Source: a virus
Virus record (IMG/VR): IMGVR_UViG_3300023110_001595
Span: 11,783-75,782 of that record
Length of the DNA stretch: 64,000 nt
Reading direction: 5' to 3' (one strand)
Position numbers and translations under genes: made by a program. The notes beneath the pieces were generated by a model that was not told where the DNA came from, did not search any database, and saw only the letters and a program-made list of their open reading frames with translations. Positions 37,749 through 47,800 of the stretch are shown here, one piece after another. Each line of letters begins with the position of its first letter. The stretch's first letter is position 1.

Positions 37749-38651
37749 TTATAATTCACTTGTCTTACTATATGAAGGTGCAGGTGTATTTACATAAGTT
37801 CCGCTTGCTCTTAGATGAGAAACTGAACTTGTTAATATACCTGAAACATATTCGTCTGCGCCCCCTGATCCTACATCAAGATCACTAAAAACTATATTAA
37901 ATGTTATTTCGTTATCGTTTTTTTCTTTAGCTTCAATATACCATTCATTTTCTGCATAAGTTCCGCTTGGATCAGCTTCTTTAAGATATATTCTTTGATA
38001 GGTATCTGTCAAATCTTCGTTGCCAATTGCGTATGCAGTACCACTTCCTGTTGTTGCAGTAGCAGCTCGTCCAAATTGTATTTGCCCACTGTTTGTAAGC
38101 ATTGTTTCCCAATCTTGGTTTTTAGATAAATCATCACCAGAAACACTACTAATATCAATGCTGGCATTAAAACGTATTTGTCCACCAGCATTGAAAAATG
38201 CTCTCCGTGCATTTGCATCTGCAAAACCTACATCAATAGTGTGATTAATTGTTTGTGGTGTTGCTGTGCCGCCCCACGGCGTAGCTGAACCATTTTTAAT
38301 ACTGTTTACTCCAGCAGATTCGGTATCAGTTTGAGAAAGTGCTACTGTAAACCTATCATTTTCTAAAGTAGTAATAAGAGTTTCGTATGCTGCATATAAT
38401 GCTTCAGTAATATCATCGTCTTCTGTTACAGTTTCGATTGTTGTTGGAGTAGTTCCATTGATATGTACATATACTTTTTCAAAATCAGTGTACAAAGAAT
38501 TCATATGATTTGCTAAAACAATTGATTCCACAGGCTCAGGATTAGAAGATACACTTTGATTGTAACCTTTATCTCCTGATCCAACTCCTAGTAAAGCTGA
38601 TATTTTTCCTTGTATTTCATTGTAACGTGCTGCTGAAATTATTTCTGGCAT
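37749..38651 (-). CDS. Virion structural/tail-associated protein, paralogue of 36549-37700
   Basis: GYNQ, RAFFNAGGQIRF and KNQDW motifs shared with the neighbour. Confidence 0.65.
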   Translation of the reverse strand: MPEIISAARYNEIQGKISALLGVGSGDKGYNQSVSSNPEPVESIVLANHMNSLYTDFEKVYVHINGTTPTTIETVTEDDDITEALYAAYETLITTLENDRFTVALSQTDTESAGVNSIKNGSATPWGGTATPQTINHTIDVGFADANARRAFFNAGGQIRFNASIDISSVSGDDLSKNQDWETMLTNSGQIQFGRAATATTGSGTAYAIGNEDLTDTYQRIYLKEADPSGTYAENEWYIEAKEKNDNEITFNIVFSDLDVGSGGADEYVSGILTSSVSHLRASGTYVNTPAPSYSKTSEL

Positions 38652-38669
38652 ACTATCTCTCCGTTGTAG

Positions 38670-38677
38670 TACTTATA
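38670..38677 (-). promoter_or_regulatory. Putative late promoter TATAAGTA overlapping the upstream stop
   Basis: Recurrent motif upstream of a GGAGAG RBS. Confidence 0.55.
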
Positions 38678-40235
38678 CTTTCAGCACACACTCGACTAAT
38701 TTTTCTTCTGGGTCTGTATTTGTTTCTAATGCAATACCAACTAGAGCTCTTGTAGCTGTAGGCCCTGCAACGCCATCTTCCCAAGCGTATACTGGTGTAC
38801 CTTTTTCAATTACTCCTTTGCAACGAACAGGCACACGGCCTTTAAGAGCAATTGCTTGTCCGTCGATTTCTGAATTCATTAGATATGCCGGATTCTCACT
38901 TATAACACCAATTGCTAAATCGCTTGATTTACAAGGTTTTGTTTCTGCACTAACGTCTTCTTCTGCTGCAAATTTTGCTTGTGACACTGTCATAACAGTA
39001 CCAACTGGATGTTCTTCTTCGGTTGTATATTTTTCAGCTAAGTCAGCATACTGTGCTTGTGTAGCAGTACCGTTAAATAATACTGCTGTCAAGTTACCTG
39101 ATGCATCTCTTGCTGCAATAGTATTTGGAGTTGCTGCTGTACTAGCAAGTCGTCCTGTGCCTGCAACATCTACATTTGTTGCTTTATCTGCTGTACCTCT
39201 AAAAGATGTTGCATGAATCTCCGCAAATTTTTCACTTGCGCCACCAATATTGTATACATTATCAGTTTCTGGATAAAGTCCGGCATCATCTGCTGCTACA
39301 TTTCTAATAGAAACAATATTTACTGGCGAGCCTGCACCGCTACGCAATGCACCAAAAAAGATTTTATCTCCAACTTGGTTTTTAATGTTACCTTGATTTC
39401 CTGAAACAATGTTTACTAACAAATCATTGCCGGCGCCTACTGTAAATCCAGGATCACCAAAACGCACAAGATCACCACCTGATTGTGCATCCTTAAATGA
39501 TAAATTATTAGCTGAAATAAAACTACTAGCTTCTAAACCATTAATTTTTAAAGCGTTACTTGCTGTACCCCATATAATAGGTTCATCTGCTGCACCTGAG
39601 ACTGGATCTCCTATGCTGTTATCTGTAATACCATCTGTTCCAGTATTAACAAAAGTAATACCTCTTTTAATTAAGCTAAAACCTGTTAAAGCAGGAGTGC
39701 CATCTGGCTGTAATGTTGCAAGTGTAAATTCTTCATTTGAAATTACATATAAAGACACATCGTTAATTAATGCAACAATAATTGTTTTTTCGTTCTCAGC
39801 ATTATCAAGCACATTAACACTGAGCATTTGTGTTGTACCGCTACCGGCAGATTGAGGACCAACAAGTATAAATTCTCCGCCAGCTGTTTTACCGTACAAT
39901 TGATTGCTTGTACTACTCCACCAAAGGTCGCCTTCGTTTAATCCTACTGGTTCAGTAGCACTTACTTCAGTGCCGCCTGCTGTTTTCCAAGCACTACCTG
40001 TGTAAAATTTTAATTTTAAAGTGCTTGAATCATACCAAACTTGTCCGTCAATTGCTTTTACTGGCGCAGTAGTACCTGAAAAAGATTCTAAAAGGTGTAG
40101 ATAATTTTCGTTTTGTACTTCGCCGTATCCGCTGTAATTTCGTCCAACAAACTTAATGTCTGTTGTTTGATCAATTGTGCCATCTTCAACTACTGTAAGT
40201 TGAGTGCCGTTATATCTGTTTACAATATATGCCAT
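38673..40235 (-). CDS. Tail fibre protein with C-terminal intramolecular-chaperone-like domain
   Basis: Shared N-terminal GRNYSGYG..ENYLHLLE.F..GQVWYD; C-terminal YADLAEKY..GVISENPAYLMN..IALKGRVPV. Confidence 0.75.
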   Translation of the reverse strand: MAYIVNRYNGTQLTVVEDGTIDQTTDIKFVGRNYSGYGEVQNENYLHLLESFSGTTAPVKAIDGQVWYDSSTLKLKFYTGSAWKTAGGTEVSATEPVGLNEGDLWWSSTSNQLYGKTAGGEFILVGPQSAGSGTTQMLSVNVLDNAENEKTIIVALINDVSLYVISNEEFTLATLQPDGTPALTGFSLIKRGITFVNTGTDGITDNSIGDPVSGAADEPIIWGTASNALKINGLEASSFISANNLSFKDAQSGGDLVRFGDPGFTVGAGNDLLVNIVSGNQGNIKNQVGDKIFFGALRSGAGSPVNIVSIRNVAADDAGLYPETDNVYNIGGASEKFAEIHATSFRGTADKATNVDVAGTGRLASTAATPNTIAARDASGNLTAVLFNGTATQAQYADLAEKYTTEEEHPVGTVMTVSQAKFAAEEDVSAETKPCKSSDLAIGVISENPAYLMNSEIDGQAIALKGRVPVRCKGVIEKGTPVYAWEDGVAGPTATRALVGIALETNTDPEEKLVECVLKV

Positions 40236-40260
40236 TCTTGTTGTTTCCTCGTGCTTAAAC

Positions 40261-40268
40261 TATTTATC
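40261..40268 (-). promoter_or_regulatory. Putative late promoter GATAAATA
   Basis: Intergenic, upstream of a GAGG RBS. Confidence 0.6.
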
Positions 40269-40269
40269 G

Positions 40270-42129
40270 CTAAACTGCTGAAGTACTGATCTCTCCTGTT
40301 GTAGGTGCCCATAAAGCAGATGCTATCTCCATAGAAATAGTTATTCGTGTTATTGTTAGGTTAACTGTTGCTGTTGGATCAGTGATTGCAAAATCACCAA
40401 TTACGTTGACGTTTTGAACACCGGCACTATCAACAGCAGTTAGTGTTTTTGAAACACCGCTGTTAACATCAATAGGATCTGTTGTAGCTGTATAGTAATA
40501 TGCGTGAATATTTGCAACGGTTCCATTCCTATCAGTGCTAGGTGTACTGATTTCTGATAATAATGTAGCAATGTTAACAAGTAATACATCATCACAAGTA
40601 CCATCGCCGTATGATCCTGGATTGTATGTTGTGCCTATTCCTGTTACGTCTAATCCCATTACTACCGGTTGTGAAAGAATTGCATCATCAACATACTTTT
40701 TGTTTGTAACATCGTTATTTGCAGTAGGAGTAGCAACATTCTTAATTTGTTTTGCATTGGTTAATTCAATAGCATCAACACTGGTAATTTGTAAACCTTT
40801 TGTAGTTGAAATAGTATCATCGGTGATAGTCATTGTGTCACTACCACCACCGATTTGTAAATTAGTTAATTTGCCTACAGTTGTCAAACTACTGTTTACA
40901 ACACTGCTACCTAATGTATCCAAAGAAAGAACATTTGCTGTACCGATAAAATAACTATCATTTAGTTTATTTAGAGCTATACCATGAGAACTTGTCCAAT
41001 TATCCGTATCATAACTCCAAGTCCAACGTTTATCATCACCCGATACTCTAACAACTATACCAGCATCGTCTGCATCTATATCACTAATAAGTGTACTGTC
41101 GTCTGTAATTGCAAGTTCTATTTGCTTATCTTCGACACGCAAAGTAGCAACATCTAAACTTGTTGTATCACCTTCTACTAATATATTTCCTGTTACACGT
41201 AAATCGCCTGCAATGTCTACAGTATATTGGGGTAATGCATTTTGGAAAAATCCAACTTTCTTTTCACTTGAATCAAAATACACACTGTCTTCTAAATTGT
41301 TGCTGTTAAATGCAAGTTTTAGATCTTGATTGCTTTTTTGTATTTTGAAATTTGTTACAGCACCGTCTTGTCTGATATTTAAATCTAAATCATCACCAAG
41401 ATACAAACCGTTGTCGTTTTTAATAATTATGTACCCTGTGGTAGTATCGTTACTATCAGCACTTAAAAAACTATTTTGATCGTAGACATTACCAAAATCG
41501 TCTATTAGATTTTTAGCAGATGTAGCACTACCTGTAAAAGTGTAATTACTAAACGCAGAACTAATGTTAAATCCTACTTGGAGATTTGTAAATCCTGCTA
41601 TTGTAGGAAATGGTGTAAATGCATCTTTTGTTTCAATGCCAACAATTGCCCCATTAATAAATCTTTTAATTACTACTCTATTTTGCCCTAGTGTATCTTT
41701 TATTGTTTCAACAAAATCGCCTGTGCGTGATTGCGATTTATCATAATCCGGTCCTACTAATATTGTTTCAGTTCCGTTCCAAAAGAACATTTGATCTTTT
41801 GCACCGTCGATCCAAATATCTCCTGCAATTAATTCTGTTGGTTGTGTTGCACTGTAAATTGTGCTATCTGTACTTCTAAATGTTACACCATCATATACTT
41901 TTAATCTACCTGTAGAAGTATCATACCATAACTGTCCTCTAATTGGACTGCCAGGTGCAGTTGTGTTTGAAAAATTTTCAAGCATTTTGATAAAGTTTTC
42001 ATTTATACTTTCACCAAATCCTTGATAGTTTTTACCTATAAGATTAATGTCAGCGGATGTAGTATCTAACCTACCGTCAACTAATTCTACTAATAGAGAC
42101 CCGTCTGTTTTATTAAGTTTATAGGCCAT
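40270..42129 (-). CDS. Tail fibre/baseplate-associated protein
   Basis: Shared N-terminal GKNYQGFG..ENFIKMLENF..GQLWYD; fibre motifs NVATPTANNDVTNKKYVD and SSLTTVG.L. Confidence 0.7.
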   Translation of the reverse strand: MAYKLNKTDGSLLVELVDGRLDTTSADINLIGKNYQGFGESINENFIKMLENFSNTTAPGSPIRGQLWYDTSTGRLKVYDGVTFRSTDSTIYSATQPTELIAGDIWIDGAKDQMFFWNGTETILVGPDYDKSQSRTGDFVETIKDTLGQNRVVIKRFINGAIVGIETKDAFTPFPTIAGFTNLQVGFNISSAFSNYTFTGSATSAKNLIDDFGNVYDQNSFLSADSNDTTTGYIIIKNDNGLYLGDDLDLNIRQDGAVTNFKIQKSNQDLKLAFNSNNLEDSVYFDSSEKKVGFFQNALPQYTVDIAGDLRVTGNILVEGDTTSLDVATLRVEDKQIELAITDDSTLISDIDADDAGIVVRVSGDDKRWTWSYDTDNWTSSHGIALNKLNDSYFIGTANVLSLDTLGSSVVNSSLTTVGKLTNLQIGGGSDTMTITDDTISTTKGLQITSVDAIELTNAKQIKNVATPTANNDVTNKKYVDDAILSQPVVMGLDVTGIGTTYNPGSYGDGTCDDVLLVNIATLLSEISTPSTDRNGTVANIHAYYYTATTDPIDVNSGVSKTLTAVDSAGVQNVNVIGDFAITDPTATVNLTITRITISMEIASALWAPTTGEISTSAV

Positions 42130-44180
42130 TAGGTACCTCCGTAATATATAATAAAGTTAAGTGTTACATATGGATTTACAATGTTTATTGGAAGGTTTTG
42201 TAAATCAATTACACCACCACTAGTTTCTAATCTTGTGCCAGTACCAGAAGTATCACCGTTATTAGCAACACTATCAGTGCCACTATAAGTTGCTGTAGAT
42301 GTAGCATAATATTGGTTATCATCGCCATCATTTAGATCGTGTTTGTGTTCTGGCAAGTTTTCTTGCATTACTGTAATTTCTTCATTACCAGCAGCATCGC
42401 CTATACCTGACACACCACTTGAAATAGCATTAGATGGTAACGATCCGCTTCCTATACCAGTTGCCATTGTAGGGAAACGTCCTCTTAAATCTGGAACTCT
42501 AAAATAGTTGTTGTTATCAGGTGCACCTCTATCTGTTGGACTACCATAATACCAAGTTGCTGAATTAGTAGGATCATATCCTAATGCTGTTTTTAAATTA
42601 CCGTAAGTTGTATCAATAGGGTAGAAGCTGCCGTCACACAATAACCAATTAGCGGGTGCTGTTATTCCACCATACATAATAATTGTGCCAACTGGCATAG
42701 TATCAAAACTACCAAATAATTGACTTGGTGTTGCCTTTTCCAATATACCAGATGCATTGTTATAAATCAACAAAGTATCGTTTGTTTGATCAACAGTTGT
42801 TGCTAATGTTTGATCGCTAATAATTGCTGGTGCGGCTTGTGTTGAAAATGTTTTTGTGCTACCACCTGTTTGACCATCAAATACAAAACTGCTGCCTGTT
42901 ATTTGTCCAGTCATACCAAATGTTGTTGTGCTGTTTAGTTTGCCTGTACTTCCAGCTGTGCCGCTTACATTACCTGTAACGTTGCCTGTCAAATTACCTG
43001 TTATTCTATTTGCATATAATGTGTCAAAAGGTAATACACTGCTACCAATATTTCTAACATTTGCAGAATCAGGAATTAAGTTTGCAAGTGTAATATTACC
43101 ATCAATAGTAGCATTGCCACCAACGTTTAAATTTTTTGTTATTCCTACACCACCAAGTGTTGTAATAGAACCTGTTGTAGGATTGTTGCTTTCTGTATCT
43201 CCTGTAACACTGATATTACTATCAGTTTTTATATTACCAATTACATCTAAACTTTCAGTAGGATTAAGATTGTTAACGCCTACATTAGTGTTACTTTTAA
43301 TACGTAAAGGAACAGCAAGTGTTCCGTTGTTGTTAATACGCAAATCAATAGGTGCACCGGGTATACTGTTTTCAACAATACTATTATTACCCTCAACTAA
43401 TAAACTTAATGTTTTTGCAGTACCAACTTCAATACCATCATTGTTTTTTACTTGAATTTTTTCAGATACTTGGTTTACGATATTGTTACGCATTACTGTG
43501 GTTGTTGGTATAGATGCGCCGTTGATAAGTAAATTTGCTGCTAGATCAGCAGTGCCATTAAATTTAGCAGTTGTTAAACTTTTGTTGAAATTTACACCTA
43601 CTTTTAATGGTGTTGTAGCACTATATCCAGCAAAAGGAGTTCTTGGAGAGAACTCAACTCTTGTGTATATAGTAACTGGAATATTTTCTATATAATTAAT
43701 AATTACAGGACGCTTAGGATTACCCGATTCTGTTGATTCTATTTCTTCTACAAGTGCTCCAGTTTTATTTTCATCAACATAATTTGGGCCTACTAATAAC
43801 CAACCGCTTCCGGTATATAAATAAAGTTGACTTGTACTCGTGTTTACCCACAAGTCTCCTTTGACACTATTTGCTACTTCTGGTTCGAAAGCGCCTTTTT
43901 TAAGCCCACCTGCAGCAACCCAGTTTGTGCCATCATATATTTTAAGCTGATCTATTTCTTGTGTAGTGTCGTACCAAAGTTGTCCTTCAACTGGATTAGT
44001 AGGAGGACTAGCATTAGCAAAGTTTTCTAACAATTGTAAGAAGTTTGTATTTACTGCTAAACCATAATCAGTTATAAGCCTACCAGGTAAGCTCAAACTT
44101 GTATCGTTGTTAAAACTACTTTCTTCTACTGTGATTTCACCTTTGTTTGCTTGATCTGTGAAAGGAACTTGATATGACAT
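42129..44180 (-). CDS. Short-tail-fibre-like protein with phage tail-collar domain
   Basis: Shared N-terminal domain; PVGTIIMYGG..APANWLLCDG..FRVPDLRGRF collar; LPEHKH; C-terminal NPYVTLNFII. Confidence 0.85.
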   Translation of the reverse strand: MSYQVPFTDQANKGEITVEESSFNNDTSLSLPGRLITDYGLAVNTNFLQLLENFANASPPTNPVEGQLWYDTTQEIDQLKIYDGTNWVAAGGLKKGAFEPEVANSVKGDLWVNTSTSQLYLYTGSGWLLVGPNYVDENKTGALVEEIESTESGNPKRPVIINYIENIPVTIYTRVEFSPRTPFAGYSATTPLKVGVNFNKSLTTAKFNGTADLAANLLINGASIPTTTVMRNNIVNQVSEKIQVKNNDGIEVGTAKTLSLLVEGNNSIVENSIPGAPIDLRINNNGTLAVPLRIKSNTNVGVNNLNPTESLDVIGNIKTDSNISVTGDTESNNPTTGSITTLGGVGITKNLNVGGNATIDGNITLANLIPDSANVRNIGSSVLPFDTLYANRITGNLTGNVTGNVSGTAGSTGKLNSTTTFGMTGQITGSSFVFDGQTGGSTKTFSTQAAPAIISDQTLATTVDQTNDTLLIYNNASGILEKATPSQLFGSFDTMPVGTIIMYGGITAPANWLLCDGSFYPIDTTYGNLKTALGYDPTNSATWYYGSPTDRGAPDNNNYFRVPDLRGRFPTMATGIGSGSLPSNAISSGVSGIGDAAGNEEITVMQENLPEHKHDLNDGDDNQYYATSTATYSGTDSVANNGDTSGTGTRLETSGGVIDLQNLPINIVNPYVTLNFIIYYGGT

Positions 44181-44782
44181 TAAGTATTACCTCCACTTAA
44201 ACTTTGTACTCTAACCGTGTAATCAATTTGTATAAGTCTGTTTAACGATTTTTGCACAGGATGGAAAATCACGTGTGTCAAAAGTCTGCCACTTCCACTA
44301 GGAGAATATCCAACTAATCCTAGTTCATCAAAAACAAATTGCGCTTCAGTATCTGCTGCTGTATCAAATGCATCTTGTCCATCTGGTTCACCATAATCTA
44401 GCAATGCACTTACAACAATATCAGTATAATTTGTACCTGTCACATGACGTGTTTCGATTTTATTTCTTTGTGGATCGACATTATTTACGGAACGGTCGTC
44501 GACTACTTTTTGATATGTTTGATTGTAAAGGCTGGCATTAGTACCAGTGCTGTTTGGTGTTAAGTATGTAATAATACCAGTTGGATCAACACTAGTACCA
44601 CCGTTGCCAAACGCCATTTCATAGATAAAACCTTCTCCGGCATTACCTAAACTTTCAGCAAGACTGATACTCATATTTTCATAATGAATAGCATTACGCT
44701 TGTTTACAAATACGTGTCCAGAATCTGGATTATGTATTTTAATATGTCCTTCTATGTGTACGCCACTTTGTTCATTAATCAT
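44180..44782 (-). CDS. Baseplate/virion structural protein
   Basis: GHIKI..KRNAIH..FGNGG..FDELGL..LTHVIFHPVQK..IDYT; located between wedge and fibre genes. Confidence 0.65.
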   Translation of the reverse strand: MINEQSGVHIEGHIKIHNPDSGHVFVNKRNAIHYENMSISLAESLGNAGEGFIYEMAFGNGGTSVDPTGIITYLTPNSTGTNASLYNQTYQKVVDDRSVNNVDPQRNKIETRHVTGTNYTDIVVSALLDYGEPDGQDAFDTAADTEAQFVFDELGLVGYSPSGSGRLLTHVIFHPVQKSLNRLIQIDYTVRVQSLSGGNT

Positions 44783-44805
44783 ATTTTCATTCCGTTCCTA
44801 TATTG

Positions 44806-44813
44806 TATTTATC
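44806..44813 (-). promoter_or_regulatory. Putative late promoter GATAAATA overlapping the stop of the giant gene
   Basis: Recurrent motif. Confidence 0.6.
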
Positions 44814-47800
44814 GGGGTAGCGATATTGTTTTGTCTGTTATAAATTTAGCAATTTGATTTTCACTGTCTGCTATACTTTTTCCTGGATCTGTCCAAGTTT
44901 TTCCTGTTTTTCTAATTACTTCAATTATGGTTCCATTTGCAGGTGGATCAATATAATCTGCCAAATATAATGCAGTTACAGTGCTATCTCCCCACACAAT
45001 TGTTTCCATTGTAACTTCTGGAGCACGAGTAACATCTGCTTCTGGTGAATCTTGATCTATTGTGTGGTCAAACTCTACTATATTATCTTTACGTAATCTA
45101 GTACCTGCTAAGAATACATCAATTTCATCAATACTGCTTGGTGTGAAATCAAGTATAAATTGTTTACTACTACTATCACCAATAAATGTTGTTTTTATAA
45201 CTTCATCTTTGTATGGAATATTTTCTTCAATGCCTTGGCCTGTAACTTTTGTGCCTACTTCATAAGTAGATTTTACACCAGTGCCTAGTGTACCTCTACG
45301 TACCTGTCTTAACAAATTGCCATCCAATGTGTAATATTCAATACGTTCTTTATCTATCCATACAACACCTGGTGTACCTAATGCTTTATTAGGTGATTGT
45401 ATACCAGTTGAGTCTTTTAATTGAATAACTTGATCATAATAATTCAAAGGTTGTTGCAATTCATATTCGTTTTGATTGTTTAATCTCTTATAATGATATC
45501 TATTCAACATATCTTTGAATATTCTAAATCCAAATTTTGGTTTACTTGTCTGTGCAGCAAATTGTAACACATCGATTTTATCATTTGGTAGTACTTTTTT
45601 ATAAAGTTGTACACCGTCTTTTGCAGTAGATATTTTATAATCTTTTTGTGGAACTTGGATTTCTCCGTTTACAAATACCCAAACATAATTTGCACTCAGT
45701 GCTGGTTTTTGTAATTTAACAAAACCTTTACTCAATAAGTTTTTATCAATGTATTCTTGAGAACCAACAGGTGCTTGATTTGTATTCCATACAACATCAT
45801 AACTGTTTCTTTCAAACTCATTAATGTCATGATTGCTAAACGTATACACACTAACTGTTTCCCAAGCATCTGGTGCTTCTTTTAAGACTAAATTATCTGT
45901 CTCAACCAGTGTTACATCTAGTAATTTTAAATCTGCTGTGCTTTCATCATTTGCAACCATTGCAGGAGTATCATCAGTGCTTTTTAATTCAAACAAGTCT
46001 CTAACATATCCTTGTAGTTCAATAGTCATATTATCACCATCACGAGTAAAACTTTCTACTCTTGCATTAACTATTGTGCTATCGTCTGTTAATCTAAATG
46101 ACACATCTTGGTCTCTTACTAAGTCGTCAAGTGCAGAACCATTTTCAATTACAACTTGTGTGTTAAAGAAGAAATACTCTGCATCTCTTATAATAAAAAT
46201 TTCTAATTTTGCACCAGGAAGTGCAACATTGTTTGACAAAATTTCAACCCTGCCATTTAGAGGATCATAATTCCATTCTTCGTCTGATAATAAAACTTCA
46301 TCTAAATAAACAATAACATCTTTACTGTCAATTGCAGTAGTATCTTCAAATTGCCAGGCTTGAATGTCATACTGTCTCGCTATAGTTGTAGTATAACCAA
46401 TTCTGTATCCCGGATGTAAAAACTTTGACCCTTTTTCACGCTGTACTAATACATTGCTTGCATATGGTTTTTTCAAAGAAGGTACAGCAACATCGTTTGT
46501 AAATCTGTGTGTAATGTTTAACCCATCAGTAACCATGGTTTTATCGATAACCATTTCACTAAACTGATTTAGTTTTTCACTATACACAGTGTATCCAATT
46601 ACAGTGCCTTCATCTAAAACGGTAGGAAATTCTAAAGTACCAAATCCATCAGCATTAGTATCATATCCGTATTGTGTAGCAGGTTCTTGTTTGACTCCAT
46701 TCACAGTAACAAAAGTACTTTGTTCTTCTGTAAAACGTATGGGCAATTCGTAATATGTATTTGTCCCATCTGCAATAATATTATCACTATCTAAAATATT
46801 GACTCCGTTGGTTCCAATGCTTACAATTGTTAAATTTTTGTTTGCAGCGATTGCAGAACTATCTGCTAAACTTAGAAGTCTAGTTTCAAAATCTAGTTTT
46901 AAATCAGCATTGTCTATAACTTCACCTTCGACTGTTACAACCACAGTATTTTCTGTCTGCGGAAATGCGTCAAATTCCCATTCTATTGTTGTGCCATCTG
47001 TAAGATAACTTCTTGTAGAAATAATACCTTGTCCTTCGCTAACACGACTGTAAACTTGAATATCAACTGCATCTAAAACTTGGCCAGGTACTTGTTCTTC
47101 AGGGCCTTTACTAGTAGTTGGTGTAACAAATCCATCTCCATCCACAACAATATCACCAGGATCTATACCTGTTGCTGTGGTATACTGAAATCCTCCACCT
47201 TGTAAACTAACGTCAAATGCTGTGCTTTCAGGTGTAAAGCTACCGTCGCTGGTTGATTTTCTCACAACAATTACATCATCAGCTTTTGTAGTAATCACAT
47301 CGCTATCTAAGAATATAGTTAATGAAATATCGTCACCTTGTGGTGATACCATTTTTGCATTAGGATTAGTTCCTGTAGCAGGATATGCAGGATCATCAAT
47401 ACGCACATTGTTTAAATAAACATTGTATGTGACACCCGATTCTAATACTTTAGACAAATTAACTATTTGTGTACTTCCGTCTAAAACAATTATTTCATCT
47501 TCATTGTTTATATCATAGGTATCAAAATCAATGCCAAATCCTTGTAAGTCCCAACCTAGACTTTCTCCAAATCCAATGCTATCAACTTGAACTCCACCAT
47601 AATCAACTCCGTCCATTAACTGAGATAATTCTTTACCTGGCATTCCGGTTGTTGGATTGTAGAAGAAATTAATTCTATCCGCTGCTGTCAACAAGTCAGT
47701 TGATTTTTTATAATTAATAATTACTTCTGCATTATTTGCAGGTGCATTAGTAAAAGTTATTCTTCCTGTGTATCTTTCATAACTTCTTGTTTTATCTAAT

